DNA of 21,495 nt from Myxococcota bacterium (lineage in GTDB: Bacteria > Myxococcota > XYA12-FULL-58-9 > JALHOP01): NCBI GenBank assembly GCA_041288095.1, contig JBGGMJ010000026.1, positions 1-21,495 on the forward strand. The letters run 5' to 3'. Below, piece after piece: positions 15,508 to 21,495 of this stretch. Within the stretch, counting starts at the first letter, position 1. Each line of letters opens with the position of its first letter. The translations under genes were made by a program, and so were the position numbers. A model generated the notes under the pieces. That model was not told the origin of the DNA, ran no database searches, and saw only the letters and a list, made by a program, of their open reading frames with translations.

Positions 15508-16756
15508 CGTAATCGGCCGGCAAGCGCGTCATCTGGAACAGCGCCGCGATCAACTGGTCGTTTCGACCGGTGCGATGCGGATTCCAGAACTCCCAGACGA
15601 TGTCGCCCGCGGGTGTGACTTCCAGCGCGCGCCCCGTCTCGGTCTCCGCGATCAACGTGTTGCCGTTGCCCAAGCGCTGCTGCCCACCACAGGTCTCGGA
15701 GTAGAACGCGGCGCCCTTGCCGTCGAACACCCAGCTCGGCCGCCCTTGTGGATCGATCTCCATGACTCGCGAGCGACCATCGATGCCGCGATTGTCGAAC
15801 AAGAGCATCTTGCCGTTCGCGAGGAGCTCCGGCGCATGTTGCCGCCGCCAGACGCCCATCATCGACCATACCGCTTTGGCGGACGCAATATCGATGAGCA
15901 CGAGCGCATCGATCTCGCGGATCGACAGCAACACCCGCCCCCCCGTGAAACCCGGCCAGTTCGCCGCGAAGCGCCCGTCGAGCACGCGCACGGCGTTGGT
16001 GTGGAGTACGTCTTCCCCCGGCGGGATGGTGCGCAGGAGGTGCTCCTCGCTGCTGCCGTGCAGCGCCTCGAGGATCGAGATGCGCGCACGCAAGCGGCCG
16101 TCGGCCTCCAGGATCTGCAAGGTGTCGTCGATCACCGGCTCGGCGCGCAGCCAGGGCACCACGCGCCGTGTCCGGCCCAAGGCCCAGATGGCGCCATCGG
16201 CGGCGACATCCACGTCGTGATGATTCCACCCCTGATGCGTCCACAAGGGACGTGAATTCCAATCCAAGGCGACGAGTCCGGCGCCCTCGTAGACCGCGAT
16301 GATGGACCCGTCGGGTCTTGGTTTCGCGTAACGCCAGTAGAGCCGGTCTTCGTCCGCTTTAGCGGCAAAGCCAGCGAGCGCCGGAAATGCGCGCTCTCGT
16401 GGGTAGCTCCAGGTGTGCAGGAGCTTTCCTTGCATGTCGATGAGGTACGCTTCCGACGCGTGCCCCGAGACGTAGAGGTTCACGCCAGCGTCGGCGAGGC
16501 CAACGTCGTGGCGCGTGACGCCGCTAACGGCTGGCGCGTCGTTCACGCCCTCGACGTAGCCCAGCGCCAAAAGCCGTTCCGCTTCTTCGTCGGACGCTTT
16601 CGTGCGCTCGATCTCGTGCCACTGTCCGACCTTGGGCCAGCCTTCCAGGGCATGCGCACGGGCGCGCTGCTGGTTCCAATGGCGCTCGATGGCCCAAGCG
16701 GACCCGAGCATGGCCACCAGGATACCGAGCTTAAGGAGTATCGCTCGCCGGTCCAC
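15494..16756 (-). CDS. Arylsulfotransferase (ASST) family beta-propeller protein, membrane-anchored or exported
   Basis: N-terminal hydrophobic segment, then LIDMQGKLLHTW, NHHDVDV, LHTNAV, LLSIR, QHAP, LLFDN and QRLGNGNTLI. Start placed at GTG 16756 (uncertain). Confidence 0.85.
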   Translation of the reverse strand: MDRRAILLKLGILVAMLGSAWAIERHWNQQRARAHALEGWPKVGQWHEIERTKASDEEAERLLALGYVEGVNDAPAVSGVTRHDVGLADAGVNLYVSGHASEAYLIDMQGKLLHTWSYPRERAFPALAGFAAKADEDRLYWRYAKPRPDGSIIAVYEGAGLVALDWNSRPLWTHQGWNHHDVDVAADGAIWALGRTRRVVPWLRAEPVIDDTLQILEADGRLRARISILEALHGSSEEHLLRTIPPGEDVLHTNAVRVLDGRFAANWPGFTGGRVLLSIREIDALVLIDIASAKAVWSMMGVWRRQHAPELLANGKMLLFDNRGIDGRSRVMEIDPQGRPSWVFDGKGAAFYSETCGGQQRLGNGNTLIAETETGRALEVTPAGDIVWEFWNPHRTGRNDQLIAALFQMTRLPADYAMGR

Positions 16757-17558
16757 GCGTCGACTCGACTGGGAGGTGCTTGGTCTCGACCACCGGCGAC
16801 TCGACCACCGGTGCCGCATGCTCCGTCTCGACTCTGCGGGCGCGCAGCGCGGACCTAACCTTCAAGATCACATAGAACAGCAGGAACAAGCCGACGGCGG
16901 ACAAGAGCACGCCACGGCCGACCTTGCGCGAGACGACATCGAGCCACTCCTTGCCGTGAATGGCGGCGAGCGTCCCCAGGGTCAGCCAGATCGGCACGCT
17001 GACCAGACAACCGAGGAAATCGAAGAGGATGAACTTGGTGACCGGCATGCGCATGGCGCCGGCCGAGAAGAAGGTGACGAAGCGGACGCCGGCGATCTGG
17101 CGGCCGAGGAACACCGTGAAGTTGCCGTAGTGGTCGAACCAACGCTGCACCCGCGCCAGGCGCTTCTCGGGCAACAAGCGGCCGATGAGGCGCACGCGCG
17201 CCGGCAGTGAAAAGCCCCAGCGCCGGCCAATGCTGTAGGTCAGGAGATCGCCGGCGAGGATGGGCACGATCACCGCCGCCATGGTGAGGGCGTAGTTGAC
17301 CAGGACGAAGCGGTCACCGGAGAGCTTGAAGGTGGTGAAGCCCGAGATGGTGAGCGGGATGTCCTCGGGAAGCGGCAGGCCGATACCGGCGAAGAACAAG
17401 ATGAAGATGATGGTGGCCCAGATGACGTGGCGATGGGCCTCGTTCCAATCAGGATCAAGGAAGCTCGACACCAAGCCGTGAATCCACCGGCCGGGGCCTC
17501 CGTTCGTCGCGCCGATAGCGACCACGGTGAGAGCTGCTTTGAGAATACTGATCAGCAT
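16731..17558 (-). CDS. DedA family (SNARE-associated) membrane protein
   Basis: GIGLPLPEDIPL, AGDLLTYSIGRRWG, WFDHYG, FLGRQIAGVR and AGAMRMPVTKFILFD. Start at ATG 17558 is uncertain. Confidence 0.9.
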   Translation of the reverse strand: MLISILKAALTVVAIGATNGGPGRWIHGLVSSFLDPDWNEAHRHVIWATIIFILFFAGIGLPLPEDIPLTISGFTTFKLSGDRFVLVNYALTMAAVIVPILAGDLLTYSIGRRWGFSLPARVRLIGRLLPEKRLARVQRWFDHYGNFTVFLGRQIAGVRFVTFFSAGAMRMPVTKFILFDFLGCLVSVPIWLTLGTLAAIHGKEWLDVVSRKVGRGVLLSAVGLFLLFYVILKVRSALRARRVETEHAAPVVESPVVETKHLPVESTRGPASDTP

Positions 17559-17577
17559 GCGACAAGGTGCATCAGAG

Positions 17578-18312
17578 ATGCCTAGCGAGCCACGTAGGAA
17601 GCGGAGCCGGCGAAACGCCAGTACCACGGCGAATCATCGGACAGGAAGAGCGCCCGACGCACCCCCCGTCGAGGCCTGCCCAACTTGCGGAAAGCCGCTG
17701 AATGTCTGCGTTTGTGACCGTAGTGCCCCCCAGGATACGCGCCTGCGCATCGTGGTCCTGCAACATCCCCAAGAACAAGATGTGACGCTTGGAACCGCGC
17801 GACTACTGCCAACGAACCTCAAACGCGCCAAAGTCGTCGTTGGGCTCTCCTGGCGCTCCTTGAACGCGGCTCTGGACGACGAGGTCGACCCGGCACGCTG
17901 GGCGGTCATCTTCCCACGTAAGGGGACGGCGCAAGGCAAGGGCACGCGCGTCGTCGACAAAGGTGGCGTGGTCGTACCGGCCAAACGCATCCAGGGCATC
18001 ATCGTGCTCGACGGAACCTGGTCACAGGCCAAGACCTTGTGGTGGCGCAACGCATGGTTGCTCAAGCTCCAGCGCATCGTGCTCGAGCCGCGCGAGGCGT
18101 CCATCTACGGGGCCATGCGCCGCGAGCCGAAGCGTGAGTTCGTGTCGACGTTGGAGGCTGTAGCGGACACTCTGGTCGCGCTCGGCGAGCCCGAGGCGGT
18201 GCGCGATCACCTGCGGCGCGTCTTTCGCACCATGCTGCAGCGCGTACGCGACGCCGCTAAGCCGACCGCTTCTGCGTCAGCGCCCCCCGAACGAAGCCCG
18301 GATGAACCGTAG
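17578..18312 (+). CDS. DTW-domain tRNA-uridine aminocarboxypropyltransferase (TapT/YfiP-like)
   Basis: CPTCGKPLNVCVC Zn motif, LQHPQE, GTARL, IVLDGTWSQAK (DTW motif), YGAMRREP and VSTLEAVA. Start uncertain. Confidence 0.88.
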   Translation: MPSEPRRKRSRRNASTTANHRTGRAPDAPPVEACPTCGKPLNVCVCDRSAPQDTRLRIVVLQHPQEQDVTLGTARLLPTNLKRAKVVVGLSWRSLNAALDDEVDPARWAVIFPRKGTAQGKGTRVVDKGGVVVPAKRIQGIIVLDGTWSQAKTLWWRNAWLLKLQRIVLEPREASIYGAMRREPKREFVSTLEAVADTLVALGEPEAVRDHLRRVFRTMLQRVRDAAKPTASASAPPERSPDEP

Positions 18313-20140
18313 TCTTCGGCACCTTCATCGGAAACCACTGGCGCACGTCTTCCTCGAGCCCGAGGCCGTGCATGAAGTTGTACAGGCCGCGGCGTAGGCC
18401 TTCGCCCAAGCGGTCGTGATCGGCGCCGGTGGGATCGACGAAGGCAATGTCGTTCTCGGCGAAGGTGGGCTCGGGACGCGGCGGTAAGGTGATGCCGTAG
18501 CCTTCCGGGTTCTTGGCGACGGGGGCGTGCACGGTCGCGGCGAAGCGGTGCCAGAAGGCCGAGTCGAGACAGCCTTCGACGAAGAGCTGGCGCACGTACT
18601 CGAGCGCATCGACGGTCTCCTGCACGGTCTGCGTCGGGAACCCATACATCAGGTACGCATGCACACGGATGCCGGCGTCGGCGAACGCCTTGGTGACCCT
18701 GGCCACCTGCTCGACGGTGACGCCCTTTTGCATGAGCGCCAGCAAGCGATTGCTCGCGACTTCGAGGCCGCCGCTGATGGCGATGCAGCCTGACTGCGTG
18801 AGCAGCTTGCACACCTGCGGCGTGAACGACTTCTCGAAGCGGACGTTGCCCCACCAAGCGATCTGCACCTTGCGAGCGATGAGCTCCTCGGCGAGCGCCT
18901 TCAAGGCGGCGGGCGGCGCGGCTTCGTCGACGAAGTGGAAGCCACGGGTGCCGGTCTCGGCGATGAGCTGCTCGATGCGATCGACGAGCAGGCTCGCGGC
19001 CAGCGGATCGTAATGCTGGATGTAGTGCAGGCTGATGTCGCAGAACGAGCACTTCCGCCAGTAGCAGCCGTGCGCCACCGTGAGCTTGTTCCAGCGCGTG
19101 TCGCTCCACAGGCGGTGCATCGGGTTGAGCGTGTCGATGACCGCGAGATAGCGCGTGAGCGGCAGCCCATCGTAGGTCGGCGTGCCGGTGTCTTTCATGG
19201 CGACGTCGGTGATCTTGGCGTCGTCGTGCAACGCCACGACTCCGTTTTCGCGGACACGGGTGCGGACCAGCGGAGTGCTCGTGCCCGACCAAGCACGCAG
19301 GAGGTGCTCTAGGGGTCTCTCGCCGTCGTCATAAGTCACGGCATCGACGTAGTCGAACAAGCGAGGATCGGAGAGGCGGCGCAGCTCGGTGTTGACGAAG
19401 CCGCCGCCCCAGACGATGCGCGTCTTGGGCGCGGCGGCGCGGATCGTTTCGGCCATGCGCAAGCCACCCAAGACGTTCCCCGGAAACGGCAAGGTCATGC
19501 CGACGACGTCGGGCCGATGCTCGGCTACGAGCTGCTGGGTGAGCTCCGCGAGCACGCGCGCGGTGACGCGGTCACGACCCGCGGCGAGCTCGTCGAGGAG
19601 CGGATCCATCGTCGGCTGGCTCGTGGCCAGTGACTCGCCATAGCGGGCAAAAGCGAAATGGGTATCGATGCCGTCGCGGATGGCGTCGGCGATGCACTCG
19701 ATGAACAGGGTGGCGAAGTAGCGGGCTCGGTCGACGACGCCCATCGCCCCGAACGCCCAGTCCAGATACTCCTCCTCGTGGCCCGATGGTCCGATGTCGC
19801 GGAAGCGAGGGCCTTCGACCAGCATGCGCCGGCCGGCGATGCGGTGCGCGAGCGAGAGGTCCTGATTCTGGAGGAAGGAGACGACCGGCCCGACCTGAGC
19901 CGCCACGGCGTCGAGGTTCTCGACGAGGAACCGGACCGCGGGCGAGGTGTGTTTCGCGGGCAGCGCCGCCCCGACCCGGCGGACACCGTCGGGTGAGATG
20001 AGCTCCAAGACCCAGGAGAGCGCGGGGTCCGCCTGGGACACCGTGACCCCCTGCGAGCGCAGATAGCCCGTCAGATACGCCGTCGCGGGGTACGGCGTAT
20101 TGAGCTGGGTCATCGGTGGGGTCACGAGCAACAGCTTCAT
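18257..20140 (-). CDS. B12-binding-domain radical SAM protein
   Basis: N-terminal TPPMTQLNTPYPATAYLTGYL and cobalamin-domain segment (PDVVGMTLPFPGN...WGGG), CYWRKCSFC (CxxxCxxC), FHFVDEAAPP, SGGLE and HAYLMYGFPTQT. Confidence 0.92.
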   Translation of the reverse strand: MKLLLVTPPMTQLNTPYPATAYLTGYLRSQGVTVSQADPALSWVLELISPDGVRRVGAALPAKHTSPAVRFLVENLDAVAAQVGPVVSFLQNQDLSLAHRIAGRRMLVEGPRFRDIGPSGHEEEYLDWAFGAMGVVDRARYFATLFIECIADAIRDGIDTHFAFARYGESLATSQPTMDPLLDELAAGRDRVTARVLAELTQQLVAEHRPDVVGMTLPFPGNVLGGLRMAETIRAAAPKTRIVWGGGFVNTELRRLSDPRLFDYVDAVTYDDGERPLEHLLRAWSGTSTPLVRTRVRENGVVALHDDAKITDVAMKDTGTPTYDGLPLTRYLAVIDTLNPMHRLWSDTRWNKLTVAHGCYWRKCSFCDISLHYIQHYDPLAASLLVDRIEQLIAETGTRGFHFVDEAAPPAALKALAEELIARKVQIAWWGNVRFEKSFTPQVCKLLTQSGCIAISGGLEVASNRLLALMQKGVTVEQVARVTKAFADAGIRVHAYLMYGFPTQTVQETVDALEYVRQLFVEGCLDSAFWHRFAATVHAPVAKNPEGYGITLPPRPEPTFAENDIAFVDPTGADHDRLGEGLRRGLYNFMHGLGLEEDVRQWFPMKVPKTTVHPGFVRGALTQKRSA

Positions 20141-20182
20141 GCGCTTCTACAGTATCCACCGATCTGGTAAGCCGTGCCCACG

Positions 20183-21495
20183 ATGAAACCCCGCTTGATT
20201 GTCGTCGCTTCGTTGGCTTTCGTCGCCGGTTGCACTTTCGTGCGCGGCAAGGGCAACACTTTCCAGCCCCACGCCGGCAGGCCCCAAAACACCTTCCAGG
20301 AGCGCTATTACAACGTCCGGGAGGATGCACCAGGGGTCAACACCTGCACCGCGAAGCCCCCCCTGCAAAACCTGCTCGAGGAGCCGTACCGCTGCGCGCT
20401 CGATCTCGTGTCCTGCAAGGCCGGCATCGAAACGGTCGCCGGGCGCCTGGACGCGACCTACGAAACGCTCTTTGCCGATACGCTGACGCGGACGAATGGG
20501 GAGTTCGACTACGTCTGCGCCGGTGGTACGAACCCCGCGAACCTCCATCTGCTCGGGCTGAACGGCCTCGCATACCTGGGCAACGCCGTGCACGTGGACC
20601 GCATGCTCGCCGTCGACGACACGAGCCAGCGCGAAGCGGATTGGCACGTCGCGATGCGGCCGGCGCTCGCTCTCGCCCTCTTCCAAACTGGCGATCGCGA
20701 GCATGCGCTGCCGAAGATCGTCGAGCTCGCTCAGCTCCCGGGGGGCGATGACGCCGCCCGCGCCCGTTATGTCCTCTATGTCGGACGCTGGGACAGCGAC
20801 GGGCTCATCGACACCTGCACCAAGGCGGTCAGCGAGCCGGCGAGCGAGCCGGTGGCGCAGGCCTGCGCTTGGTACCTGGGGCGCCGCAAGGTCGGTGAGG
20901 CATTGCCAATGCTCGGCAACAACGACCCACGACTCGGCCTCGCGGGGATCCGTGCTCTGGGCCTCACGGGGGATGCGCGCGCGACCGAGATCCTGACTCG
21001 CGCCATGAACCCAGCGACCGCGTCGGATCAGCAACGCATCGCCGCGCGCGTCGCGCTCTTGAACCTCGGCAAAAAGGAAGCGCTGCGCGACTACCTCACG
21101 ATGTTCACGGGTAGCATCGGCGCGCGCAAAGCCGCGAACACGACACCGAAGCTCTCACCCGAGGAAGTCGCGCGTGACGCGGCCCTCGAGGTGCTCGCCC
21201 TCGCCAACCGGAGCTTCGACAAGGACCTCACGAAGGCGCTGCGTCGCGCCACGACCGCCATAAAGAACGAGCAAACCGCCGCGGCGTCGTGGATCGCGCT
21301 GGCGTATCTCGGCGACGATGCGGCGTTCGACATCCTGGTTCAGCTCATCGGTGGCGACAACGCGGCGCTACGCTCGTTCGTGCTCGAGCACATCGGCGGC
21401 CACGCCTTCACACCGGGACGTCACGCGGCGACCGGTGGAGGCGGTGTCCTCGTCGACGCGCGCCTGCGCAACGCGCTGCTGACCGCGTACACTGG
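20183..21495 (+). CDS. Lipoprotein with HEAT/PBS-lyase-like helical repeats (partial, runs off the window; absent from the ORF track)
   Basis: Manual translation is open from ATG 20183 to the window end: MKPRLIVVASLAFVAG|C lipobox, then ACAWYLGRRKVGEALPML, GIRALGLTGDARATEIL, ARVALLNLG and WIALAYLGDDAAFDILVQLI. Confidence 0.82.
   Translation, partial: MKPRLIVVASLAFVAGCTFVRGKGNTFQPHAGRPQNTFQERYYNVREDAPGVNTCTAKPPLQNLLEEPYRCALDLVSCKAGIETVAGRLDATYETLFADTLTRTNGEFDYVCAGGTNPANLHLLGLNGLAYLGNAVHVDRMLAVDDTSQREADWHVAMRPALALALFQTGDREHALPKIVELAQLPGGDDAARARYVLYVGRWDSDGLIDTCTKAVSEPASEPVAQACAWYLGRRKVGEALPMLGNNDPRLGLAGIRALGLTGDARATEILTRAMNPATASDQQRIAARVALLNLGKKEALRDYLTMFTGSIGARKAANTTPKLSPEEVARDAALEVLALANRSFDKDLTKALRRATTAIKNEQTAAASWIALAYLGDDAAFDILVQLIGGDNAALRSFVLEHIGGHAFTPGRHAATGGGGVLVDARLRNALLTAYT

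Noticed and set aside
20116-21333. Track ORFs 20116-20751, 20147-21034, 20199-20486 and 21091-21333
   Set aside because: Alternative-frame or antisense products of the lipoprotein ORF that starts at 20183.

Overview
High-GC, very gene-dense bacterial chromosomal segment, most likely from a Myxococcota-like deltaproteobacterium (inferred from Myxococcus-type Cys-rich repeats and MYXO-CTERM-like tails). I saw no rRNA, tRNA, CRISPR array or mobile element. The centre (~2.6-12.6 kb) is a cell-surface protein locus. Two paralogous secreted proteins each have an N-terminal reeler-like head with one CxxCH heme-c motif and a conserved distal His, a stalk of 15 or 26 Cys-rich (CGDG...CDDGN...C...C) repeats, TSP3-like Ca-binding repeats and a MYXO-CTERM-like anchor. 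They flank a ~1349-aa lipoprotein with Ig-like domains and 12 kelch-like blades, which is translationally coupled to the longer paralog. Surrounding genes: yajQ, a YfiM-like protein, an EcsC-family protein, an unannotated 56-aa CxxC/CxxC zinc-ribbon microprotein, a SET/post-SET methyltransferase, an RlmM-like rRNA methyltransferase, MarC, an EEP-family phosphoesterase, a 93-aa hypothetical, an arylsulfotransferase, DedA, a DTW-domain (TapT-like) protein, a B12-binding radical SAM enzyme and a truncated HEAT-repeat-like lipoprotein absent from the ORF track. All family assignments come from motif recognition by eye; no searches were run.
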